Positions 25,048-34,759 of a DNA stretch of 44,956 bases are shown here, one piece after another. A program made the translations under genes and the position numbers. The stretch comes from a virus (Duplodnaviria > Caudoviricetes). The notes beneath the pieces are model-generated. The model had not been told where the DNA came from. It did not search any database and saw only the letters and a list, made by a program, of their open reading frames with translations. The stretch spans positions 1 through 44,956 of IMG/VR virus record IMGVR_UViG_3300027744_000037; one strand, 5' to 3'. Within the stretch, counting starts at the first letter, position 1. Each line of letters begins with the position of its first letter.

Positions 25048-25590
25048 TCAAGATGTTGTGTCTGTTTCCCAGAATTGGTAAGCAAATGTACAAGTGAATT
25101 CCTCAATCGCATCATTTGAACTCCAATCTAGATCGATTGGTGCTAAGTCTAATGGAAATGCGCCAACAAATTTATATTTCTTTAATTCGTTGCCTGTTTT
25201 TCCATATTGAATAACACTTGCGTCAACAGCATATCCGTTAGAATTTCTTGCTGATGCACTTCTCAGATTACCTGAATGACTATTGATTGCGTTCATCCAA
25301 TTCTCTAAAGAATTTCTGATGACAAAATCTTCATCATTAATAATTGTTAATGTCCAGTCTGTAAACGTTCTGTTACCAGCAAACTTCATCTCACGCCCGA
25401 AGTAAAAGACTGGTACAGTACCGATTGACGAACCTGGTAGTTGAGCTGTTTTGGCCATAAAAGTTATTTTCTGGCCAGCAACTGTTGCGTTTGTTACAAG
25501 TGCTGGGAATATTAAAGAGACAGAGAATAGATTTGGACGGGCACCGTCACCAATCATATTTGCTCTGAATTCTGCTACATTAAATGACAT
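25048..25590 (-). CDS. gp19: tail tube protein
   Basis: GARPNLF, AQLPGS, AGNRTFTDWT, IEEFTCTFAYQ. Confidence 0.96.
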   Translation of the reverse strand: MSFNVAEFRANMIGDGARPNLFSVSLIFPALVTNATVAGQKITFMAKTAQLPGSSIGTVPVFYFGREMKFAGNRTFTDWTLTIINDEDFVIRNSLENWMNAINSHSGNLRSASARNSNGYAVDASVIQYGKTGNELKKYKFVGAFPLDLAPIDLDWSSNDAIEEFTCTFAYQFWETDTTS

Positions 25591-25613
25591 TGTTTTCTCC
25601 TATCGTTTATTTA

Positions 25614-27305
25614 TTAAGCTGCGCCAACGATTGTTACGAAGTCAACACCAGTACCAACAGCGACAAAGTTCAACTGAATGTAGTTGATTGAACGTGCAGG
25701 TTTAAGGTAGATATCTCCAACGAATTGGTTACTATCAATAACTTGTTGTGTATTATTCGTTGAATCGCAAACAACTCTAAAATCTGTCAAACCACGGCGA
25801 CCTTGAATGTCACGCAAGAATGGTGAAACTAGAGCAATAAATTGTGCTCTTGTAAATTCATCGTTCAATTCAAACATTGAATATTTGGCAGCTTGTGCAA
25901 TTGCCTTTTCAAGTGTAATAAACAAACGGCGAACGTTGATTCTATCGAATGCAGAAGGCTTGGCCAACAAAGTTTTATCACCGAACAATACTGTACCTTG
26001 ACCTGGGAATGATACAACTGGATTAACGCCTGCTGCATATAGTGTGTCACGGAATGATTTGTTTGGATTCCATGCCAATTTGATAGAATTTTTAATTGCA
26101 CCACGATTGTAACCTGCTGGTGAGAACCATGGGTCACGAATGTTATCTGTGTATACACACAGACCAGCAATGTCACCGTTTAATGGTATCCAACGATATG
26201 TGTTATTGTATTTGTCAAACTGATATTTCCAACCAGAGTCGGCCATAACATAAGAAGAACTTCTTGATAGTGCTGTCAACCAATCTATAATATTGGTTGT
26301 TTCGCTTCCCGCTTTATTAACAACGTCATTGTAACGTGGTGAAATGAAAGCCACACAATCTGCACGACCAACAGCAATGTTATCAATAACATATTGTTGA
26401 ACTGCAACAGAATGTCCGCCAGTTAAAATTAATGAAACATCAATATTTTCTTTATTTGAAAACAAGTCATAAGAAGAATCAATGTTACCATCTGTAGGTG
26501 CTACGGTTGAACCTGTGCTTAAATTAATTGCCTGATTTGTTGTTGGATTTGCAAAAGTTCTACCTGCTGCGGTTTGGCCCCATGTGGCACTTGTTGTTGC
26601 ATAGTTAACTGGATCCATTGCATAAATGTATTTTGAGTTATTAAAAATAACTTGTTTATAATAGTTAGTTAAACCATTGATAACTGCATCGTATGCCGCA
26701 GATACAAAACCATATGTTTCTAAGATTGAACCAGCAGAGCCGGTAAATAAACCATCTTGGTCAATAACAACGATGTGCATCTCATCATTTACACCATTAA
26801 CAGAATCAGCAAAATCTGATGTGCCTGGTGCTGATGTGAAATAGTTCTTGTATGCCCATGTGCTATATGTTTGTGTGTTTGCACAAACAGCAATAGAGAT
26901 AGAATTTCCTAGAACACCAGGATATCTGCCCGCAAATGGACCATAATCATTACCGTTATTGCTTAAAAGATATGAAGCTTCATAAGCATCTTCATTTTTA
27001 ATTTGTACATTTAAACCACTACCATCGGTTGCATTGTTTGCTAATGCACCAACTGAACGAACCAAACTTAAATTATTGCCATAAGACAAAAAATTCGCAG
27101 CAGTAAAGAAAGATACTGCTGAAGCCGGATTTGGTTTACCATATGTACTAACGAGTGTTATTTCACTGTCTACTTGTTTTACTTTGTCTGCTGGACCCCA
27201 TTGAAATATTCCAGCAAATGCACCAGCGGTTTGTTGAACTGCGGGTACAACGGTTGTTGCATCGACCTCAGCTACATTTACGCCTGGAGAGATTTGAAAT
27301 GCCAT
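25614..27305 (-). CDS. gp18: tail sheath protein
   Basis: SPGVNVAE, PWFSPAG, FDRINVRRLF, KPARSINYIQLNFVA. Confidence 0.97.
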   Translation of the reverse strand: MAFQISPGVNVAEVDATTVVPAVQQTAGAFAGIFQWGPADKVKQVDSEITLVSTYGKPNPASAVSFFTAANFLSYGNNLSLVRSVGALANNATDGSGLNVQIKNEDAYEASYLLSNNGNDYGPFAGRYPGVLGNSISIAVCANTQTYSTWAYKNYFTSAPGTSDFADSVNGVNDEMHIVVIDQDGLFTGSAGSILETYGFVSAAYDAVINGLTNYYKQVIFNNSKYIYAMDPVNYATTSATWGQTAAGRTFANPTTNQAINLSTGSTVAPTDGNIDSSYDLFSNKENIDVSLILTGGHSVAVQQYVIDNIAVGRADCVAFISPRYNDVVNKAGSETTNIIDWLTALSRSSSYVMADSGWKYQFDKYNNTYRWIPLNGDIAGLCVYTDNIRDPWFSPAGYNRGAIKNSIKLAWNPNKSFRDTLYAAGVNPVVSFPGQGTVLFGDKTLLAKPSAFDRINVRRLFITLEKAIAQAAKYSMFELNDEFTRAQFIALVSPFLRDIQGRRGLTDFRVVCDSTNNTQQVIDSNQFVGDIYLKPARSINYIQLNFVAVGTGVDFVTIVGAA

Positions 27306-27372
27306 TTTATTCTCCTTGAATTATTATGTTCTTTTGGCAAAATACCATAAGAGTATTTATGAAAGGCTGGTT

Positions 27373-29064
27373 TTATAACCTTTCTAGTCTGTTCCTCATA
27401 AACGAGCCGTATGTTTCCCCACTGTCTGCTCGTTCCCATAAATCACCACCCATAAGTTCGAAATCATGTTCTAGACCATCCTCAATGATAGGTGCAGGTA
27501 GAACATCATCGTCCATTTGATTCATATTTTCCAATTGAATCTGTTTACGAATGTCGTGATTAACAATTTCTTTGAAATATTGTTGTGTAGTTACCCATGA
27601 AAATATCACTAGAGACATTACTAAGTCGTCATTTGCACCATCTTCAGCACTAAAAGAATTCCTCTGCTGCACAAAAGTGGTCAATTCGGAATATGTATCG
27701 AAATCATTAATTAGAAGTTTGTCTCCTTCGATTAGAGTTTTAAGGTTTGAACAACCAATTGCCTTGACCTGAGGAGACATCTTCAGTCCCATCTGAACAC
27801 CACGAGCAAACCCGGCCGATAATTGTTGTGGTTTTTTATTGCCTGTAAAGATTTTCCATAGGTTCTCATACTCAAAATCTGTATGTAATGAGTCTGCAAC
27901 CTGTGGATTGTTGTTAATTTCCACCAAAACATACGCATCATTGTAGTATCTGGCCGTATTATAGATGACAGTTGGAAAAAGAATAGGTGTAATAGATGAA
28001 CTGCTGTAGGTTGCAACCTGTTTATATGGTGTCTGCGAGATATCAATTACTGAGAACGCAGAACTATCTAAATTTTTGCCTTCAGAAACGTCAACTGTGA
28101 TACAGTATAGGTGGTCCGATTTAGATTCGTTGATGCCTTCTTTGACTGGATGTTCATATATCTTCAACAAATCATGATTGGCAACCGGATCATTGTATAC
28201 CAGTTGTTGTAACTTGTAACCAGAAATCAGTGTGTTTGATGAACCTAAGAATTCTGTTTCAAACTCCTGTGAGAACTGCCGTTCAGAGGTGTTACGAATT
28301 GTTTCTTCTTTCCATTTCTCATCACGGCCAGGTACATGTGACCAATGAATCTGGAAGTTAACGTAGTTGTTTTTCTTGTTAATCGAATCCATCCACAACT
28401 TGTAGAACAAGTTCATACCGTTTGGAGTGGAAACAATAATAATCTTTGTCTTTTTACCTGATGAAATTACAGGGTAAACAGAGTTAAAGAATTCTTCTGC
28501 AATATTATTTGGAACGAAAGCGAATTCATCTAAGAATACTATGTTAAAAGAACCACCACGAATGGCGGAACTAGATGTGGATGCAGCGATAATCTTAGAA
28601 CCGTTCTCCAGTTCTACGTTACCCTTGTTCCATGTAACGATACCTTGTTGTAACCACATAGGTAAATTTTCATAGGCCAGTTGATATTTGCCCAAAATAT
28701 CACGAGCCAATGCACCTTTGTTTGCCAGCACAGCACAGTTTTGGCTGTCTTTAAAGATTGTTTCCCATAACATATAGGCCACAGTGGTTGTGGTTTTACC
28801 AACTTGACGAGGACATTTTGTAATTACAAATCTATTATTTGCAAACAGATGAAGCATTTCTTCCTGAAACGGCCACATATTAAAGTTGATTAGACCTTCA
28901 TCAACGTTGACAATCTTAATATAATTTTTTGCAAAATAAATTGGGTCGTTTGAACATTTTATATACTCATCAACTTGTTCTTGTGTGTAGTTTACTTTGA
29001 CACCGGCCTTTTTAAGTAAGGGGTTGTCACGGTATGCTTCACCAAATTTTAAATCATTAATCAT
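27373..29064 (-). CDS. gp17: terminase large subunit
   Basis: RQVGKTT, FLDEFAF, STPNG, DDLVM. Confidence 0.97.
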   Translation of the reverse strand: MINDLKFGEAYRDNPLLKKAGVKVNYTQEQVDEYIKCSNDPIYFAKNYIKIVNVDEGLINFNMWPFQEEMLHLFANNRFVITKCPRQVGKTTTTVAYMLWETIFKDSQNCAVLANKGALARDILGKYQLAYENLPMWLQQGIVTWNKGNVELENGSKIIAASTSSSAIRGGSFNIVFLDEFAFVPNNIAEEFFNSVYPVISSGKKTKIIIVSTPNGMNLFYKLWMDSINKKNNYVNFQIHWSHVPGRDEKWKEETIRNTSERQFSQEFETEFLGSSNTLISGYKLQQLVYNDPVANHDLLKIYEHPVKEGINESKSDHLYCITVDVSEGKNLDSSAFSVIDISQTPYKQVATYSSSSITPILFPTVIYNTARYYNDAYVLVEINNNPQVADSLHTDFEYENLWKIFTGNKKPQQLSAGFARGVQMGLKMSPQVKAIGCSNLKTLIEGDKLLINDFDTYSELTTFVQQRNSFSAEDGANDDLVMSLVIFSWVTTQQYFKEIVNHDIRKQIQLENMNQMDDDVLPAPIIEDGLEHDFELMGGDLWERADSGETYGSFMRNRLERL

Positions 29065-29470
29065 TCTTACCTTTGAGTAGTTTGTTCAACTCAGCGGTAG
29101 AACCAACAAAGATAGCCTTGTCGATTTTTGTATCGCCTTCTTTTTTACCGTCCATTGTACGCATTTGTTTTTGTACTGCAAGTAATTCTTTGTTGGCATC
29201 AACCACGTTCTTTAGTAGTGTTGCATAGACTTCAAATGCCCGAGGATGTTGTCCTGCTGCGGCAATATGTCGTAGTTCTTCCATTGCATCTTTGCCATTA
29301 TCAATCAACTCTTGTAGATTATCTTTTGTTTGTTGATATGCATCTTCCAAATCTGTTTTTAAATCTGGACCTTCCTCAGTTTTTGAAACAACCGGCACCA
29401 AAGGTTTTTCCTTTTGCACTACCGGTGTTACATCAAATATTTTTTCCATGTTTTTGTCAAATGTATTCAT
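29057..29470 (-). CDS. gp16: terminase small subunit
   Basis: HPRAFEV, IFVGSTAEL. Confidence 0.93.
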   Translation of the reverse strand: MNTFDKNMEKIFDVTPVVQKEKPLVPVVSKTEEGPDLKTDLEDAYQQTKDNLQELIDNGKDAMEELRHIAAAGQHPRAFEVYATLLKNVVDANKELLAVQKQMRTMDGKKEGDTKIDKAIFVGSTAELNKLLKGKND

Positions 29471-29484
29471 ATTTTTTAATTGGT

Positions 29485-31227
29485 TTATAATGCTGCGATT
29501 CTACTCTTAAAGTCGTTGAAGTCGGTTGATGCCGCAAGAAGAACTTTTAAATTGGCCAAAGGTATAGATGCACCAACTTGAACTGTGTTGTTTGCAAACT
29601 GAATGTTTGAAACATTTGCAATAGATTTTCCACTTAGGTCCAAAGCAACATTACTTGAACCTGAAGATGGTATAATTATTGTTCCGTTTCCTGTGAAATC
29701 CCATTTCTCATTAAAATAGGTAATTCTTTGCTCATTTTCTGGACTAGGATTTTGATAGGTAACAGCATTCATTGTATATGAATATGTTGTATTGATAGCA
29801 AGTGTTACTGTTGTGTTTCCACTACCAGCTGTATCGCTTGTCGTAGTGGCCGCAGATGGTACGGTCACATATGTAAAGTCTGACCATTTGGTTGAGTTTG
29901 AATATGCATATACACCAGATAGAGTTCCGTTTATTGGTAACTGATAAGTGATTGCAATTGTTTTTGAACTACCATTTGGATTTGCATATCCAGTACCAAC
30001 AATAAAATCACCTTTCACATCCATTTGTCTGTGACCAAGTCTGTTACTTTGACCTGCACCTGGAACTTGAAGTGAATTTGCCCAAGCAAGATATCCGTTG
30101 GCTGCAAGTACTTTGTAATTGATGAATCCTGTTTTGCTGTTAGGGTCTGTTGTGGTACCGTTTACATACAAATAATTGTTACTGTATTTAATCCAATTAA
30201 TTTTTGGTGATGTTACACCAGTTATTTCTTTTTCCCAAACCAATTGATTGTTTGCTCTAAACATATAGATGTTTGTATTTGTTGCAGCATACCAGTTGTT
30301 TGATGAATCATAACTTAAACCAATGATTGTATTTCCATATTTGTTGACATTACTTGTTCTAATGTAAACGCCTTCTGTATCAAACTTATGCACTTGGCCG
30401 TTTGCTGATCCAACTAATAAACCACCACGATTTGGTAAAGCAATAATAACGGATCCGTTTGCTGCATTACCTGCATTATAAAATGTAAAATACAATTCGC
30501 CTGTAATATCAAGGCCTGTAATTAAGTTATGTTCACCAGTATAATATGGAAAATCTTCATCATCAACACAGATATCTTTAGAACCAATTGAATCAGTAAT
30601 TAATGTATTCCAAACATTTTGACCAAGATAGTTAAATTTTGTAACACGGGTCGACCTGTCAGAAGGAATATTTGTTAGTAAGTATATGTTGTTGTTTCCA
30701 TCAACTGTTACCGATTCACCAAAGCTTGCTACTAGTGTGCCACCCACGTTGGCCGCAGGAACAGATTTTCTCCAATATATTGAACCATATGGATCATACT
30801 TAATAACAGTTGCTTGTGGTAGACCAGTAACTTCATTCTGTGTGGTCATTGCCACCACAATATTATTTGCAGAATCAAATGCAACACCATTGCCATATGC
30901 ATTGTTGGCTTGTGTATCTATTTGACCAAACAAGATACCTAAAGCTCTATGATCATTTTTATCGGTACCAATTTGAACTTGTGTATTGCTATACATTAAT
31001 TCTGTGTCAAATAATATGTTACCCAATGAAGCTGTATTTGCTTTGTTGAAAGCATTCTGTGCCAACTCTTGGTTGGTTTCATAATATGTATTTGATGTAT
31101 TGGAACGCAAAGCAACTGTAGTATACAACTCAGTAAAGTTGTTATTTGTTTTAGTAAAAGCCGTTCTTAATGAATCGCCTTTGCCATCATTTGCTCTAAT
31201 ACCAATATTGATAGTTTGTTTAGCCAT
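29485..31227 (-). CDS. virion structural protein: gp9/gp10-like N-terminus plus beta-propeller
   Basis: INIG..ANDGKGDSLRTAFTKTNNNFTELY; repeated 'D..NNIY' and 'K(F/Y)D..G..W' blades. Confidence 0.7.
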   Translation of the reverse strand: MAKQTINIGIRANDGKGDSLRTAFTKTNNNFTELYTTVALRSNTSNTYYETNQELAQNAFNKANTASLGNILFDTELMYSNTQVQIGTDKNDHRALGILFGQIDTQANNAYGNGVAFDSANNIVVAMTTQNEVTGLPQATVIKYDPYGSIYWRKSVPAANVGGTLVASFGESVTVDGNNNIYLLTNIPSDRSTRVTKFNYLGQNVWNTLITDSIGSKDICVDDEDFPYYTGEHNLITGLDITGELYFTFYNAGNAANGSVIIALPNRGGLLVGSANGQVHKFDTEGVYIRTSNVNKYGNTIIGLSYDSSNNWYAATNTNIYMFRANNQLVWEKEITGVTSPKINWIKYSNNYLYVNGTTTDPNSKTGFINYKVLAANGYLAWANSLQVPGAGQSNRLGHRQMDVKGDFIVGTGYANPNGSSKTIAITYQLPINGTLSGVYAYSNSTKWSDFTYVTVPSAATTTSDTAGSGNTTVTLAINTTYSYTMNAVTYQNPSPENEQRITYFNEKWDFTGNGTIIIPSSGSSNVALDLSGKSIANVSNIQFANNTVQVGASIPLANLKVLLAASTDFNDFKSRIAAL

Positions 31228-31247
31228 TTATTTCTCTCATTTGTGGT

Positions 31248-32264
31248 TTATTGATTTGCGGCCTTGTTGATAGTTAGAACTTGATTCAAAGTATTATCAA
31301 CCTTAGCCTCTTCTTTATCAACAGACATGTAATCAATATCTGTACTGACTCTACCAATCGAATCAACTTCAACAAATTTCAATGGGTTCAAGTTATATGA
31401 TGTGAAGTTGTAATTCGCCAATGTATTGATTCCGTATATAGGTTTATCTGACACGAAGTTTCCTGTTAGTTCTTTTAATCTTAAAACGTTATCTGTAAAC
31501 TGTACAACAATTCCTGTTGCTGATGCATCATCCGATGTGTATCCTTGATACACCGTTTCACCCACCCTATATGTTCCATAACCAGAATCTAAGTTCATGT
31601 AAAATTCAATAATTTCATTCTGTGATACTTGATTCCATATGGAAACAAATGCACGATTAATAACACCTGTCTCTGTTGGTTTACCAAAGATGAAACCCTT
31701 TACTGTGAAGTTCAGTGTCCAGATAATCATTCTGGTTTCATTATCTCTACCGCCTTCATATGTAATATCATGTGTGGTAGAATTTAAAATAACAGGAACT
31801 TCTTTAATAATACCCATTTCAGGAATCAAATTCAATTTGATTGTATAATCTGGTGTAAAGAATGGTAAAATGTGTTCAATGATTTGTGTGCCATCTTCTA
31901 TGTTACGTACATAGATGTAAAGATTGAAATCAAAATTGTATGGTACTGGACTGTATTGTGATTTGATTCCTGCCGGTGCAGTACCGGCAAAATTCTTAAT
32001 GTTTGTGTTTTGTTTCCGACTGGAATCATATGATAGTCCAGCCATTTCAAATGACATACGTGGTAATGTTACTTGGACTTTTTTATCCAAGTTTAAGTCA
32101 TCCTCAAGACGCATGACATAACGTTCTTTACTTGCGTATGTAATAGGAACAATGAATCTTTCCGATTCTGTAAGGTCTGGCTTAAATCTATACAACGTAA
32201 TGTTGTCAAACATATTACCAAATCCAACAACCAGTTTTCTTATGACACGATTATATGTTGACAT
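31248..32264 (-). CDS. gp15: tail sheath stabiliser / terminator
   Basis: FGNMFDNI, LPRMSFE, QIIEHILPFFTP. Confidence 0.94.
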   Translation of the reverse strand: MSTYNRVIRKLVVGFGNMFDNITLYRFKPDLTESERFIVPITYASKERYVMRLEDDLNLDKKVQVTLPRMSFEMAGLSYDSSRKQNTNIKNFAGTAPAGIKSQYSPVPYNFDFNLYIYVRNIEDGTQIIEHILPFFTPDYTIKLNLIPEMGIIKEVPVILNSTTHDITYEGGRDNETRMIIWTLNFTVKGFIFGKPTETGVINRAFVSIWNQVSQNEIIEFYMNLDSGYGTYRVGETVYQGYTSDDASATGIVVQFTDNVLRLKELTGNFVSDKPIYGINTLANYNFTSYNLNPLKFVEVDSIGRVSTDIDYMSVDKEEAKVDNTLNQVLTINKAANQ

Positions 32265-33145
32265 TATATTCTTCCAAACGGGTTGGTTTCTGTAAAGTCA
32301 ATAATGTTATTTGCAGTATCAAACAAGTATGCATTATCATAAGCTTCATTTCTTGTGCTATCTATTAATGGATCAAATGATGACAAATAGTATCTTGCAT
32401 TACTTGTTGCACCAATGATTGCAACGTTGTCACGGAATTCACCTGCAATATTTGTAACCTTTAACGAGTCATCTGGCTTAATCCATTCTTGTACTAAGGC
32501 CACAACCCACGCATTTGCTTGTGTATTATCTGTAGATTGAAATACAACTTCTCTAGCTTCATATGTTCCAGTTCCAACACCAGTATTCAACTCTAGTGTG
32601 TAACTAGATTGTATCATAACATCATCAATGTCTTCCACACCAGTGTCGATAACTTCTTGTGAGTATTTGAATTTCTCTAGTTCTAGTTCATAGAAGAATG
32701 GTATCTTTCGGCCTAACATAAAGAAGTCTTTTGTTTGATTTGTGAACTTGATTTCAAACAACTCACCAGTACCATTTAAGAACGGTACATAAATCAAGTC
32801 ACCTTCTCTTGGTCTTGTAAATATATCTTGTGGTACACGTTGAGAGAAAGAACGCTTTGAAAGAATGATGTTAACTGTGTTTTTAATCTCAAGGCCAAAC
32901 TTAGAAAAGAATTCTTTTTCGCCACCATATTCCATAGAACTGGATAGGTAGAATTCAATAGGAAAGGCTGCACTGAATCTTTTAATTGGATCTTCACCAT
33001 ACAATATATCTCTATCGGTTTCATTTTCAATAGGCAAATAGTAGGCATCAAAACCCATAATCTTGATTGATTCAACAATCAAGTCCTCTATTACCCTTTG
33101 CTCAGCAAGAGAATTGTAATTATTGAAGTATACCGATGTTGCCAT
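32264..33145 (-). CDS. gp14: neck protein
   Basis: FSKFGL, RPREGDLIY, DFTETNPFG. Confidence 0.95.
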   Translation of the reverse strand: MATSVYFNNYNSLAEQRVIEDLIVESIKIMGFDAYYLPIENETDRDILYGEDPIKRFSAAFPIEFYLSSSMEYGGEKEFFSKFGLEIKNTVNIILSKRSFSQRVPQDIFTRPREGDLIYVPFLNGTGELFEIKFTNQTKDFFMLGRKIPFFYELELEKFKYSQEVIDTGVEDIDDVMIQSSYTLELNTGVGTGTYEAREVVFQSTDNTQANAWVVALVQEWIKPDDSLKVTNIAGEFRDNVAIIGATSNARYYLSSFDPLIDSTRNEAYDNAYLFDTANNIIDFTETNPFGRI

Positions 33146-33146
33146 A

Positions 33147-33920
33147 TTAGTTCATGAACATTTCTAGTGGTGCGCCATACTTATCACCAATCTCAGCATG
33201 TAATGCATCTATTTCCTCTTTGGCTTCTGTGTAAATCTTGTCACCATTTAACTTGACACCACCTGGTAATTGAATACCCTCAAACTTTTTGAGGTTATTT
33301 CCCCATGAACGTTTGATTAGGGCTGTTGCATATTCTTTTAACCAACGGTCATTCCAAGCCTGTGTATATACATCTGGATCAATTACTGCATAACATTCGG
33401 CAATAACAATTGTACCAACTGGTGCTTGACTGTGGCCCCAACCCCAGTCAATGTAGAGTCTTTGCATGTGTCGTTGGAACCTAATAGGAACCTCACCAGA
33501 GAACAGTTGTTCCAACATACGTAAGTGTTGTAATGTCAACGTATAGTTAATGTATGAAGCGGAGGTAAAGTCATACAACTCATTTAAACGCAACTGGTAT
33601 CTCAAGTCAAACATATTAACCTGTGAGTGTGAATCGGAAACGGGAAATATTCTGGTGATACCAGCAATTTGTAGAACGTTGTTTGAAGAATCTCTGGCTT
33701 GAGATATGTTCAAATACTTGTTGTTAATGTCTGTCTGGTCTATCGTCTTAATGTAATAGACTTTTTGTAGGCCATCAAAATGGTAATCTTGCCAGTATTG
33801 AAGTGCATCATCAATACGGTCTTCCACCTGGTCGTCATCAACGTTGATTTCGATAACTGGAAATCCTAGTCTACGTAGGCAATAATTTTTAAAAGCGGTT
33901 CTAGTTGTTATTGTAGCCAT
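33147..33920 (-). CDS. gp13: neck protein
   Basis: LRRLGFPVIEINV, WLKEYATALIK..WGNNL, LPGGVKLNG; start after GGAG; CTAAATA at 33943-33949. Confidence 0.95.
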   Translation of the reverse strand: MATITTRTAFKNYCLRRLGFPVIEINVDDDQVEDRIDDALQYWQDYHFDGLQKVYYIKTIDQTDINNKYLNISQARDSSNNVLQIAGITRIFPVSDSHSQVNMFDLRYQLRLNELYDFTSASYINYTLTLQHLRMLEQLFSGEVPIRFQRHMQRLYIDWGWGHSQAPVGTIVIAECYAVIDPDVYTQAWNDRWLKEYATALIKRSWGNNLKKFEGIQLPGGVKLNGDKIYTEAKEEIDALHAEIGDKYGAPLEMFMN

Positions 33921-33968
33921 ATTTTCTCCAAATAGCATAATATATTTAGGCTATAATAATTACGATAC

Positions 33969-34325
33969 CTACTTTGTTATTTCTACCCATGAAGTTGTTG
34001 ATTCGTCCCAGTTGTATGATTTTCCATCATCAGGATAAGGAGTTGGAGGCATCCATTGACAAGCATTCTCATCCAATAACCAACTGTCATATGAAGGTTT
34101 TGGCGGAATGAATGCATCTCTTACAGAATCGTAGGTGTATCCTATACCAGCATAATTTTTTCTTAATGGTGTACCACCAAGTCTATGTACACCTGCGTGA
34201 GTGTTATAACTTGTTTGTACGAAAGAACTTGGTTCTCCGAATAAACCTGTATTAACTACGTCTTGTTCTATTACTAGAACTTGTGTTACGATATTATTAC
34301 TATCGATTTGTGCGAAATGTGCCAT
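33969..34325 (-). CDS. fibre-associated hypothetical protein
   Basis: MAHFAQID..QTSYN..RKNYAGIGYTYD..DAFIPP, a pattern I recall following phage fibre genes. Confidence 0.75.
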   Translation of the reverse strand: MAHFAQIDSNNIVTQVLVIEQDVVNTGLFGEPSSFVQTSYNTHAGVHRLGGTPLRKNYAGIGYTYDSVRDAFIPPKPSYDSWLLDENACQWMPPTPYPDDGKSYNWDESTTSWVEITK

Positions 34326-34335
34326 TTTTTATTCC

Positions 34336-34734
34336 TTAGAGTGTTGGCCAAACTATATTGTATGGATCACTTTGTTTTGTGATATCAGCTAAGGCCTGTG
34401 CATAGGTATCTAGTTTAGTTAAATCATCAATTTGAGTAAGACTTAATCTTGTTAGTCTATTATATCGGTTGTATCTCCAATCAAGTTCTTGAATTTTCTG
34501 ATCCCTTAATAATCTAATTTGAGCCCACACAACATCATTGTTTATGTCCTCAATCTTGTCATAAATTTGTATACCTATACCATATGAATGATATGTTACG
34601 ATTGTACTGTCGATTGGTCGTGTGACATTTGAACTATACCAACCATTGTCATCCTTAACAAAAGTATAAATTCTTCCATTGTATGAAAGTGTTTCTCCAT
34701 CTGTTGGTAATTTTGGAAATTTATCTGTATTCAT
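34336..34734 (-). CDS. tail fibre assembly chaperone-like protein
   Basis: WAQIR..RD....DW..YAQALADITKQ..P..IVWP. Confidence 0.65.
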   Translation of the reverse strand: MNTDKFPKLPTDGETLSYNGRIYTFVKDDNGWYSSNVTRPIDSTIVTYHSYGIGIQIYDKIEDINNDVVWAQIRLLRDQKIQELDWRYNRYNRLTRLSLTQIDDLTKLDTYAQALADITKQSDPYNIVWPTL

Positions 34735-34759
34735 TTTTTTACCTATTTAAAACTCGCAC

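Noticed and set aside
5338-33920. Stop-codon recoding, introns, inteins or homing endonucleases in core genes
   Set aside because: Core genes are full length and uninterrupted in the standard code; no suppressor tRNA or endonuclease motif was seen.
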